Assembly: GCA_904420615.1 (NCBI GenBank)
Contig: CAJFVY010000018.1
Span: 1-51,741, forward strand
DNA length: 51,741 bases
Source of the DNA: an uncultured Bacilli bacterium
GTDB lineage: Bacteria; Bacillota_I; Bacilli_A; RF39; UBA660
Direction of reading: 5' to 3'
The translations under genes were made by a program, and so were the position numbers. Shown here in pieces: positions 35,305 through 44,302 of this stretch. Positions within the stretch are counted from its first letter, which is position 1. Every line of letters starts with the position of its first letter. The notes beneath the pieces were generated by a model. It was given only the letters and a program-made list of their open reading frames with translations. It did no database searches and was not told where the DNA came from.

Positions 35305-36198
35305 CTATTCAACCCCCACATTTTCATTATAGTATCTTTCACCTTTCATCAAGAAATAACTGTTAAAGATGATAATACCATGTAACATAACCTGAACATA
35401 TGTCTGCTCTATCATAGCTAAGTAATTTTCACTACCAAGCATATATTGTATTAACATAACAAGGGCAAATAGCATGACACCATATTGCAAGAATTTTTTA
35501 TGGAAATTAGCTCGATCAAGTCTATCACGATAAACACTTTCAACAAGGGTATCGATATCAAGTTGCATATTTTCAAGACTTTCTCCAGAATCTTTAGCAC
35601 CTTCTCTAGTGATTTGTAAGAATAATTGATGCATATTCTTGACTATGTAATATGGATATTTATTATTCATATACTCTATCGATTCGTCAATTGAACCATT
35701 TTCATACGAAAGTTCTATCATGTGTTCTACATCACTTTTCACAGGATCTTCTAAAATGCCTGAGTCTCTCACTCCTTCAAGAGATTTCACAAAGCTCTGA
35801 GTCGTTGTAAATTCCATAATAACATTACTTGTATAAACCTGAATTTGTTCAAAGATATATTCACTATATACTCTTTTACATCTTAAGAAAGCAAGATATG
35901 GAATAAGAGCAATAGCTAACGTGGCATAAATAATACTAACTATAATATTATAAAAATATATATATGTTACTACAGCTGCAAAGCCTCCTAACATTAATAC
36001 TTGAGTCAAATATTGTCTTGGCGTATATTCTTGTCCTAATTCTTTTGTTTTTTCTCTTACTACTTTAAAAGAATAAGGAGCAAAGCGATCATATAGAGCT
36101 TGAAATTGTGAGGTAAAGTATTTTGCTACATTCTGCCCTTTATAATTACGATACAATAAAACTAAGGCAGCAATAATAACTAATAAGAATAATACCAT
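35305..36198 (-). CDS. TadB-like T2SS-F family inner-membrane platform protein
   Basis: 297 aa with the same layout as the next gene (KSLEGVRDSGILEDPVKSDVEHMIELSYENGSIDESIEYM). Lies directly after the ATPase. Confidence 0.6.
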   Translation of the reverse strand: MVLFLLVIIAALVLLYRNYKGQNVAKYFTSQFQALYDRFAPYSFKVVREKTKELGQEYTPRQYLTQVLMLGGFAAVVTYIYFYNIIVSIIYATLAIALIPYLAFLRCKRVYSEYIFEQIQVYTSNVIMEFTTTQSFVKSLEGVRDSGILEDPVKSDVEHMIELSYENGSIDESIEYMNNKYPYYIVKNMHQLFLQITREGAKDSGESLENMQLDIDTLVESVYRDRLDRANFHKKFLQYGVMLFALVMLIQYMLGSENYLAMIEQTYVQVMLHGIIIFNSYFLMKGERYYNENVGVE

Positions 36199-36213
36199 AA
36201 ATTTTCCTCCTTC

Positions 36214-37464
36214 CTATTGATCAAAATTAATTCTTGGTAATGATTCTTGTGTATTTAATGAAGTTGTAGCAGTAAAATTTGGAGTAATAATCTCATTATT
36301 ATCTGGTACTTCTACATTAGTAGACAAGGAAGGAGCTTCTTGAGTATCCATACTTTTATTCATTACTTCTTCTACTTCATTACTTAAATTATTCATGGAA
36401 TCCCCAGTCGTAAATAACTGATCAATATGTATATTCTGATTTTCTAGATATTCTCTTAAGTGATCACTTGGCATATTTTGTACAGGAGCCTTACCAAAGG
36501 TCTTTTGATAAAGTAGATGTGTTTGTGGTTTATTATCATCATCTACATAAAATTCCACAACTTCATCAACTTCACGATGAAATTTTCCATACTCTTTACT
36601 ATAATAAGCTTTAATGTGAACTCCTAATTGAATATAACGATAAATAGTATTTAAAAATTGGTCTACATCAATATCAGACTCTAACAATGAATAAAGACGA
36701 TATGGTATAGAACTAGCTTTATCAGCATGAATAGTTGATAAAATATTGTGTCCTGATGAAATAGAGTTACGAACGGCCGTTACTGCTTCAGCACTACGAA
36801 CTTCTGATAGTAAAATCCATTTAGGATTCTGTCGCATACAGGCTACTAGAATTTCTGAATAACTAGCAATATTATTCGTTTTCATAGCTACAATGTCTCG
36901 ATGGGGAAAGATTTTATCTAAGTGTAATTCTAGTGTATCTTCGATGGTAATAATCTTTTCATTTTCTTTCGTATGACTAGCTAAGTATTTAACAAATTCT
37001 GTTTTACCAGAACCAGTTTCTCCACTAACCATTATATTACAATGCCCTTCAACACATTTTATAAGGATATCGTGAATATTGGCTGTGAAGTAATCCTCTG
37101 CTAATAATTTTTCTTTACTAAGTCTTATTTTAGCAGGCGTTTTACGAATAACAACAGCAATTCCATTTGTTGCAATTGATTCATGCAAGAAGTTAAGACG
37201 TAATTCTGTACTTTCAGCATCCAAAAATGGTTTGGCCATATTAAAAGTTGTTCCCATAACATTAGAACATTGAAAGGCTAATTTATCTACAAAAGCATCA
37301 TTTAGCCCTTCAATTTCTATTCGCTTCGAACCATAGGTTAATGATCTAATCCATATTTGTCCATGGTTACAATAGGAAATATCAGTAATATCATCATCAT
37401 CAATTAGTGGTTGAAATAAACCAAAGTCAATCTTATCAAAAATAGCATCATTCATTCTAACCAC
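36214..37464 (-). CDS. tadA: CpaF/TadA (VirB11-superfamily) secretion ATPase
   Basis: 416 aa. Walker A SGETGSGKTEF, Asp box IITIEDTLEL, Walker B WILLSEVR, His box GHNILSTIHA. Confidence 0.8.
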   Translation of the reverse strand: MVRMNDAIFDKIDFGLFQPLIDDDDITDISYCNHGQIWIRSLTYGSKRIEIEGLNDAFVDKLAFQCSNVMGTTFNMAKPFLDAESTELRLNFLHESIATNGIAVVIRKTPAKIRLSKEKLLAEDYFTANIHDILIKCVEGHCNIMVSGETGSGKTEFVKYLASHTKENEKIITIEDTLELHLDKIFPHRDIVAMKTNNIASYSEILVACMRQNPKWILLSEVRSAEAVTAVRNSISSGHNILSTIHADKASSIPYRLYSLLESDIDVDQFLNTIYRYIQLGVHIKAYYSKEYGKFHREVDEVVEFYVDDDNKPQTHLLYQKTFGKAPVQNMPSDHLREYLENQNIHIDQLFTTGDSMNNLSNEVEEVMNKSMDTQEAPSLSTNVEVPDNNEIITPNFTATTSLNTQESLPRINFDQ

Positions 37465-37482
37465 ACTCCTTTAAATTCATTT

Positions 37483-38307
37483 TTATTGTTGTTGTGTTGC
37501 TGCTAATTCCTGATCTGTCATAGCAGTAACATTATTAATAAAGTTACGTAAATCTTCACTAGATACTTTAACATCCCCTGGATCTTCTTCTAGACTCTCA
37601 GCTGTTGGTACTGGAATAATTTCAGAATCATAGGCTCTTAAGTAACTAGCTTTTCTAAGTAACAAGTGATATTCTTCTGGAACAGCAAAGATAATTTGAG
37701 CAGGTGTTCCTTTTTCATCAAGATTAGCAAATACGTTATTACCATTAGAATCAAAAACTGCTAAAACTTTTACGTTTTCTAGTAATTTACCAATCATAAT
37801 TCTATCTTCTGTAACATTACCATTTGCATCTGTTGGATTCGTAATTTTTAAATATATATCTATATAATTACCTGGATAGATAGAGTTACTATAAGAAGTT
37901 GTCATATTAACAGCCAAATTATATAATACATAACCTTTTGGATAATTATAAATAATTGCAGCTGGTAATTGATCACGAGTTACTACACTCCGTGAATAGA
38001 ATAAACTTCCTTCCGGAATGACGCTATCTCCTGCAGAATACATATCTATAACATCTTCTGCATTTCGATATACATCACCAGCTAACATAGCCGGTGGTAC
38101 TTCCATAGTACCAACCATATCTTCTGTTATTTGTGTACTTGGATTAATCGTAACTAAAGCATATGGTACACTAATTGGATTTACTGCTTGGTTTACTCGC
38201 ATATTATAACCTACATAAAGAACTATAATAGCTAGAATAACGCCAACTACAGTAACTGTATTTTTGTTAGTAAAAAACTTTTTTATACCAATTACTAAAT
38301 TATTCAT
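37483..38307 (-). CDS. CpaB/RcpC-like pilus assembly protein (SAF plus beta-clip)
   Basis: 274 aa. N-terminal TM, an SAF-like segment (INPSTQITEDMVGTMEVP...IPEGSLF), then GNYIDIYLK...LENVKVLAV...AQIIFAVPEEYHLLLRKA. Confidence 0.55.
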   Translation of the reverse strand: MNNLVIGIKKFFTNKNTVTVVGVILAIIVLYVGYNMRVNQAVNPISVPYALVTINPSTQITEDMVGTMEVPPAMLAGDVYRNAEDVIDMYSAGDSVIPEGSLFYSRSVVTRDQLPAAIIYNYPKGYVLYNLAVNMTTSYSNSIYPGNYIDIYLKITNPTDANGNVTEDRIMIGKLLENVKVLAVFDSNGNNVFANLDEKGTPAQIIFAVPEEYHLLLRKASYLRAYDSEIIPVPTAESLEEDPGDVKVSSEDLRNFINNVTAMTDQELAATQQQ

Positions 38308-38328
38308 ATATTTCCTCCTTCTTATTCA

Positions 38329-38790
38329 TTAACCATCAACTTCACTATAATCAAGTTCCCCACGTCTTGTCATGTCTGTAATAAATTCATTGGTCTTATA
38401 AGTACTTTCTAATATAGCATCAATTTGATTACTAATACCTAATGTTTCGCTATTAAAAGTTGCAGAAGTTGAAGAATCAACTTTAATACTTACTTTAGGT
38501 GGTGTTTCATTAATATCATAAAATTTTATACTATAGCTTCGATTATTAGCAACGTTTTGAGCAAAACGACGTATAAAGCTTTCGGCAAACATTTCTTTAT
38601 CAATACGAAGATTACCATAGAGACGGTAATAACCAATATCTACCGCATCGGTCATAGCCGCCTCTGTAGTCTCTCTTAACAAATAATAATCAAGTTCATT
38701 ACCTGTTTGATAATTTTGAACAATATTTACTACACCGAAGGTAAAAAGCGCTAAGATAATAATTCCAATGATCATCATACCTCTACTCAT
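38329..38790 (-). CDS. Pseudopilin-like protein (TadF/TadG-like position)
   Basis: 153 aa. Short leader MSRG followed by a hydrophobic helix MMIIGIIILALFTFGVVNIV. No further motif. Confidence 0.35.
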   Translation of the reverse strand: MSRGMMIIGIIILALFTFGVVNIVQNYQTGNELDYYLLRETTEAAMTDAVDIGYYRLYGNLRIDKEMFAESFIRRFAQNVANNRSYSIKFYDINETPPKVSIKVDSSTSATFNSETLGISNQIDAILESTYKTNEFITDMTRRGELDYSEVDG

Positions 38791-38792
38791 TT

Positions 38793-41657
38793 TTACTCTC
38801 CTCCTCTTCTACTAGCACTCTCGCTTTGATAAGTATCGTAACAAAGTTGGCTATCTTGATAAATTGCAGTATCACACTGAGTAGCACTAGATTGATTATT
38901 ACATCCGATTAATCCACGTTTTACCAAGAAGTCTGTTCCATATCTTTCTGACATTTCATCAATAAATGAACTCTTATATACTGAAATACCAGGTGTTTTA
39001 TTAATTCCAGCTGAAGATTGTGATTTATCATCAGTTGGATTTAAATAACTTCCTTGTTCTGAATTATAATTTCGAATAGCATTAATAGTAGTTGGAGTTA
39101 AAGTAAATTCATAATCTAGATATTTTTCTTCATTTGCTTCATCATATATACTATTACCAGCTTTTTGAATATTTTCTCGTAATGCTACTGGTTGTACTAA
39201 ATAATCTTGATTAGACAAGTTAGTAGCACCACAACTCCAGTTAAAGTATGGATCTCTAGTACTTGATCCTTCTTCTGATGCAGGGAATAAATTAGTTAAC
39301 GAAATAGATCTAAAGCCATAAGCATCTGTAATATCCCATTCACAATCTTCCTCATCTGGATCACATTCATAATCACACTCTTCAACAGAAGGATCACATA
39401 TAGGATTATCATTATCGCAAATTTCAACTTTAGGATCACATTCTACCTTATCATCATCATCTGGTAAAGCCAAAGCATAGAAACATGTTAGTGGAATATT
39501 CCAGTTATAGTAACCAAAGTTTTCAATATTAACATGAATATTTTGATTTTCATTTACTTCTTGGTTAATAATAGACATTTCTTCACTCGTTAAACCATAA
39601 TTTTCTTTACTATGATCATAATATCTCTTCCATCTATACCAGTTAACATTGATTGGCGTAGAATCCATTCTAGTACAGAATTTACGACCAAGTTCTGTAT
39701 AAATGCTAGTATCTTCAGGTTCTTTATCTGTTATGATATGAGTTTTATTATTTAAATAATGTTTAGGGAAAGTTAATACATCACGATAAGTATATGGCGG
39801 ATATTCTTCCTCATAACAAATACCGTTTGTATCAATAACAATATCATCTCCTACAACATCAGTTCCACCTTTATTTTGTGTAGCATCATATATTACTTCA
39901 TAATCTTCATCACTTTCAATTGGATTATCAACAGTAATGTCAAAAGATGCAGTTCCTTCTGTTTGATTATTACTACATAATGATGCGGCTGCATCACACT
40001 TAGCTGCTACATTTTGTGTTTCTTGTTGTTGAGATTGTGATATCAAATTAGCTGCTTCTTGAGTTGGTACAGAATTCGCTGGACATTGTCCAATCAACTG
40101 ACATGAATCAGTACAATTGGCATCTACACCGTTTCTTGTTGTTTGCATTAAGAAACCATTTTGTTCACGATAAGCAAAAGTAGCACTACTACTAGCTAAA
40201 TTAGCATAACCAAGCCAAAGTTTAATTGTCTCAGCAGTTTGTTCTACACTATTTAAATACCATGGAGCTACTGAAATATAATTTTGTCCTCTATTGGCAT
40301 TCCAATATGTACGTCCTTGACTATCCTTTGCATATGAACCAAAATAAGATAAACCATTATCAGCAATCATTTGACTATATCTTTGATATAACTCTCTTGC
40401 TAGTGTCATCAAATCTTCTCCATCACGATAACGGACACCATACTCACTAAGCCATAAGTTTCTATTTTCACTTTCTGTATCAGAAGCATCTACTTTTCTA
40501 ATCGTATTTAAATCATCATTACTATTTTTAGTTTGATAAGTTAAAATAGTAGCATTATTACTATTAATAGATAATTCATCAGTTTCTTCATTCTCATATA
40601 CTTTAGTATAACATTTATTAATACATGCTTGCGTATATTCGCCGCCATCACATTCAGTAATACAATTATCAAAATCATCATCTGGTCCACCATTATGATA
40701 ATTGGTTCCTGTTTTTGTTGTACATTGTGGTACTAAAGTACATACTTCTGGAGGTGAAGGAATGTTTCCAGTATATTTACCAGAACAATCCATTGTTGTT
40801 CTAATTTCAGCTACATATTCAAAACACATTCCAATTTGAGTCTCTACTGGAGGATCCCAAATCACTTCTACTGTTTCAACACACTCTACTTCACAATCAT
40901 TAATGCCGTCATTCGTAACATCTATACTACTAGTTCCTGTATGATAATATTTTCTAGTACTATCACGTTCCGAAAAAGTATCACATTGAGCGCCAGTCAA
41001 ATCAGGATTTGTTGGATCAGATATTTCCTTGGCATCTGTTGGTATTACTACAGGATCACTTACATTTGATAAATTATGAAGATTAACTGCAGTCTCAATA
41101 TACTGATTAATTCTATCTATACTAAATGCATCTAATCTAGCTTGTGTCACTTGTTCTTCAAAACAAATAGATACTGCCGCTGCCATATTAGCATCATTTT
41201 GATAAGTATTACGATAATTTATGCAGGATTGAGAGTTGTAATAAGGATTAGAAACCAAACTTTCTACTGCAAAGCGATATGTCTTTGTACATGCTGTATC
41301 ACCAACATATGTCAAAATCAATTCGTTAGTGGTTGATACCATATCATTTGGATTTAAATTAATAATTAAATTACCATTTGATACACTAATAGAACTTTGA
41401 GCTATTCCATTTAAAGTAACTGTATAATCAGCTGCATTAAATTGATCACTATCATATTGAGAATTAATTGTAACTGTTGATCCTTCAACATTAATTGTAT
41501 TAGGCAATATTTCTATTTCACGGCATTGTTTTAATCCTTCTTCATTATCCTCACCAGATACAGACACCGTAGCAGTAACAAGAATAAAACCTACTAACAA
41601 AAACATAAGTGTAGATATTAGCCATGCTCCCTTTTTATGCTTCTTGATTATTGTCAT
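38793..41657 (-). CDS. Large N-terminally anchored, Cys-rich extracellular protein
   Basis: 954 aa with a TM after KKHKKG. Many Cys throughout. Contains the acidic Cys cluster ECDPKVEICDNDNPICDPSVEECDYECDPDEEDCEW. Confidence 0.6.
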   Translation of the reverse strand: MTIIKKHKKGAWLISTLMFLLVGFILVTATVSVSGEDNEEGLKQCREIEILPNTINVEGSTVTINSQYDSDQFNAADYTVTLNGIAQSSISVSNGNLIINLNPNDMVSTTNELILTYVGDTACTKTYRFAVESLVSNPYYNSQSCINYRNTYQNDANMAAAVSICFEEQVTQARLDAFSIDRINQYIETAVNLHNLSNVSDPVVIPTDAKEISDPTNPDLTGAQCDTFSERDSTRKYYHTGTSSIDVTNDGINDCEVECVETVEVIWDPPVETQIGMCFEYVAEIRTTMDCSGKYTGNIPSPPEVCTLVPQCTTKTGTNYHNGGPDDDFDNCITECDGGEYTQACINKCYTKVYENEETDELSINSNNATILTYQTKNSNDDLNTIRKVDASDTESENRNLWLSEYGVRYRDGEDLMTLARELYQRYSQMIADNGLSYFGSYAKDSQGRTYWNANRGQNYISVAPWYLNSVEQTAETIKLWLGYANLASSSATFAYREQNGFLMQTTRNGVDANCTDSCQLIGQCPANSVPTQEAANLISQSQQQETQNVAAKCDAAASLCSNNQTEGTASFDITVDNPIESDEDYEVIYDATQNKGGTDVVGDDIVIDTNGICYEEEYPPYTYRDVLTFPKHYLNNKTHIITDKEPEDTSIYTELGRKFCTRMDSTPINVNWYRWKRYYDHSKENYGLTSEEMSIINQEVNENQNIHVNIENFGYYNWNIPLTCFYALALPDDDDKVECDPKVEICDNDNPICDPSVEECDYECDPDEEDCEWDITDAYGFRSISLTNLFPASEEGSSTRDPYFNWSCGATNLSNQDYLVQPVALRENIQKAGNSIYDEANEEKYLDYEFTLTPTTINAIRNYNSEQGSYLNPTDDKSQSSAGINKTPGISVYKSSFIDEMSERYGTDFLVKRGLIGCNNQSSATQCDTAIYQDSQLCYDTYQSESASRRGGE

Positions 41658-42423
41658 TTGTTACACCTTCTTCCATTCTTTCTCTTATCGGTTCATAATT
41701 ATCATTTGTCTTAACATCAACTAATGTTTGTCTTTCTCCATCTCGTAATTTTCTAGCATCTACTCTAAAGGAATAACTACTTCCTGATCCATAGAATCTT
41801 GTACATGTATATAGAGTTAATAATAAATCATCTTTTGTAACATCAACATCCATATCATACATACTTTCTTCTTTTGACTTTTTTATATATTCTTCTAATT
41901 CCTCATCTGTAAATGTATCATAGAAAGAAGCACTTTGATCATCTTCTAGTAAAGCAACAGCATATATCCTATAAAGTGCAGTTTCACCAGTAACATCAGT
42001 AAACTCAATATACTGATTTTCATTTGTAAATTCAGGATAGATAAAAGCCATCAATTGTTCAAAACGAGTCATACTATCATCATCGATAATTGGATTTCGT
42101 GAAACATTACGAATATTATGCGAAATATAACTTGGATGATTACTGTTTTCATCAGGGAAAGCATTTGTCCAAGCAAATTGATATTCCATATTAGTAACAT
42201 CCTGAGCTGTAGTCCCCTGAATTAGTGCCATGTCAATATTGGTTCCTTCCACTCTTATCCAACCAACAACTTCGTCTCCATATTGTTTTGCCTGTTCTAT
42301 TTTGTCTTTTTCATCCATAATTTTAAAATCACTGGTTCGAACACTTAAAAGCCACCACAGCACTAATGTTATGGCAACTATTGCAATAATTAATCCAATA
42401 ATTAATAAACTTCGTTTTCTCAT
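41635..42423 (-). CDS. srtB: Class B sortase-like transpeptidase
   Basis: 262 aa with an N-terminal TM. VVGWIRVEGTNIDMALIQG, a His region SYISHNIR, the active-site motif LLLTLYTCT and a downstream Arg (SFRVDARK). It is collinear with S. aureus SrtB as I recall that sequence. Confidence 0.7.
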   Translation of the reverse strand: MRKRSLLIIGLIIAIVAITLVLWWLLSVRTSDFKIMDEKDKIEQAKQYGDEVVGWIRVEGTNIDMALIQGTTAQDVTNMEYQFAWTNAFPDENSNHPSYISHNIRNVSRNPIIDDDSMTRFEQLMAFIYPEFTNENQYIEFTDVTGETALYRIYAVALLEDDQSASFYDTFTDEELEEYIKKSKEESMYDMDVDVTKDDLLLTLYTCTRFYGSGSSYSFRVDARKLRDGERQTLVDVKTNDNYEPIRERMEEGVTNDNNQEA

Positions 42424-42435
42424 CTTCTACAACTC

Positions 42436-44289
42436 CTATTTTGAAATAGTATATGGATTAGCTTCTGTTCCATCCCCACCTGTTAAATATGCATCTTTAT
42501 CTATATATATTTTTAATTTTACACTTGCTCCTTCATAATCATGTAATCCAGTGTAAGGAATTGTTCCAATTGGAAAGACAATTGCTTTTGTATTAGCTTG
42601 TGTTGAAGAATCTATTAACCAATAACCAGGTCCAGAATTATCTGTTTTAGCACTGAAAATATCAAATGTAGATGGAATAGAAATCCTTGCTTTATATTTT
42701 TTGGTTGTTTTTTTGCCTTGATAAGTGATATTGCCTTCATATATTGGAACAGTTATTTCTTTATTTACTAATAGTTTAGTATCAATATATTCAATTCCTG
42801 TATTTACAATTTGATAACCAATGTTACCTTCTTCCTCAGGATTATAAACTTTATCATTATCACCATTATCATATCTAATTTGATAAGTTACTCCTTGATC
42901 ATCAGATAAAGTTCCAGTCATAATAAGTTCTACTTGATCATGGTCAATACCAGCAATCCTAAACGTATATCCAGAATAGTTTACATATTCACCAATATGA
43001 CGTGTATTTAATAAAGCATTACGTCTACCACTATTTTCCTCTATTATTATATAAGGATCTTCTGCAGTACCTGTACCAGATAACACTTTAGTGTCAGCAT
43101 CAATTCGTAAGGCTGGTCGAATATTGAACAAAGTATCCCCACTCATAGCTTCTATTTTTTCTGGATAAGCTGCAGGTGGAAATAAAGTCCAAGGATTATT
43201 GCTCTCATTAAAGTTAGCCAACCAAAACATATTGCTAGCATCTAAATAACTAAGGTTGTCTTGTAAACTTAAATTATAATCTTGTAAAGATAAAATTCCT
43301 ATTTGTCTTTCATCTGAATATCTATTACACTCAGTAGTATTATAATTGGCAGCTGTCACTTGATCATCACACCATTTACTATTAACAATTATTTTCTTAA
43401 AATCATCATCAAGTAAAGAATAAAAATAATCATTTAACCAGTCATCAAGACTACTATCAATAAAACGTCCATCTTCACTACTATAATCCACATTACTAAC
43501 TGGATCAGCACTAACTAATGTAATAGTATCATCTTCACTTACTCCAACAATTCTAAATAACATATGACTAAACATAATATAGTTATTAGGACCCGCTCCT
43601 TGATAATAACCATTTTCCGTATTAGCTTCCACAATACTAGATAAGCTTTCACTAACATTAATTGTTCTTTCTACTACTGTTGTATTATTCAATGAATCAC
43701 TAACAGTATAAGTAACTGTATACGTACCAACTTTAGATGTATCTACTTTTCCTTCAATAGTAACAGATGCTATATCCATTTCTCCGTCTACATTATCAAT
43801 AACACTTTTAACCCCTGGTTCTTCATAAGTATCTCCACGGCTAAGATCCATTTCTTTATCGCCATTTAATGTTATTTTTGGTCCTTCATGATCTACACTA
43901 GATTCATAATTTCCACATTTTAAATAAGTATAATACTCATTTTCACCATTTCGTTTTACAACTTTCACATTAGAGTTTTTATAATCACAGCGCTTATTAC
44001 TATAAACTTGTGTCAATTCTTCTACATAATCATGTTGTGCTAACGTTTCTAAGCTAACTGTTATAACTCTTCCTTCTTCTCTTGGTAAATAGCTAGAGTT
44101 AATTTCAAAGTATCTCTTTCCACCTTTATCAAGTTTTTCTTCTTGGCCTTTGAAATATATCTGTGGATAAATTATAGCAAACCAAACAATAAGAATAATT
44201 AGAATAATCGCTAAGATAATTACAGCAATCCTCAATAGTTTTTTCATCTTAGGCGTAAGTACAAATTTTTTATTTTTTTTCTTTTCCAT
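42436..44289 (-). CDS. N-terminally anchored surface protein with Ig-like domain and two copies of the domain found in ORF 19470-20672
   Basis: 617 aa with a TM. Ig-like segment GPKITLNGDKEMDL...GTYTVTYTVSDSLNNTTVVERTINV. Two units (NNYIMFSHMLFRIVGV...EDPY and YVNYSGYTFRIAGI...ANPY). Confidence 0.6.
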   Translation of the reverse strand: MEKKKNKKFVLTPKMKKLLRIAVIILAIILIILIVWFAIIYPQIYFKGQEEKLDKGGKRYFEINSSYLPREEGRVITVSLETLAQHDYVEELTQVYSNKRCDYKNSNVKVVKRNGENEYYTYLKCGNYESSVDHEGPKITLNGDKEMDLSRGDTYEEPGVKSVIDNVDGEMDIASVTIEGKVDTSKVGTYTVTYTVSDSLNNTTVVERTINVSESLSSIVEANTENGYYQGAGPNNYIMFSHMLFRIVGVSEDDTITLVSADPVSNVDYSSEDGRFIDSSLDDWLNDYFYSLLDDDFKKIIVNSKWCDDQVTAANYNTTECNRYSDERQIGILSLQDYNLSLQDNLSYLDASNMFWLANFNESNNPWTLFPPAAYPEKIEAMSGDTLFNIRPALRIDADTKVLSGTGTAEDPYIIIEENSGRRNALLNTRHIGEYVNYSGYTFRIAGIDHDQVELIMTGTLSDDQGVTYQIRYDNGDNDKVYNPEEEGNIGYQIVNTGIEYIDTKLLVNKEITVPIYEGNITYQGKKTTKKYKARISIPSTFDIFSAKTDNSGPGYWLIDSSTQANTKAIVFPIGTIPYTGLHDYEGASVKLKIYIDKDAYLTGGDGTEANPYTISK

Positions 44290-44302
44290 ATGAACACCTT
44301 TC

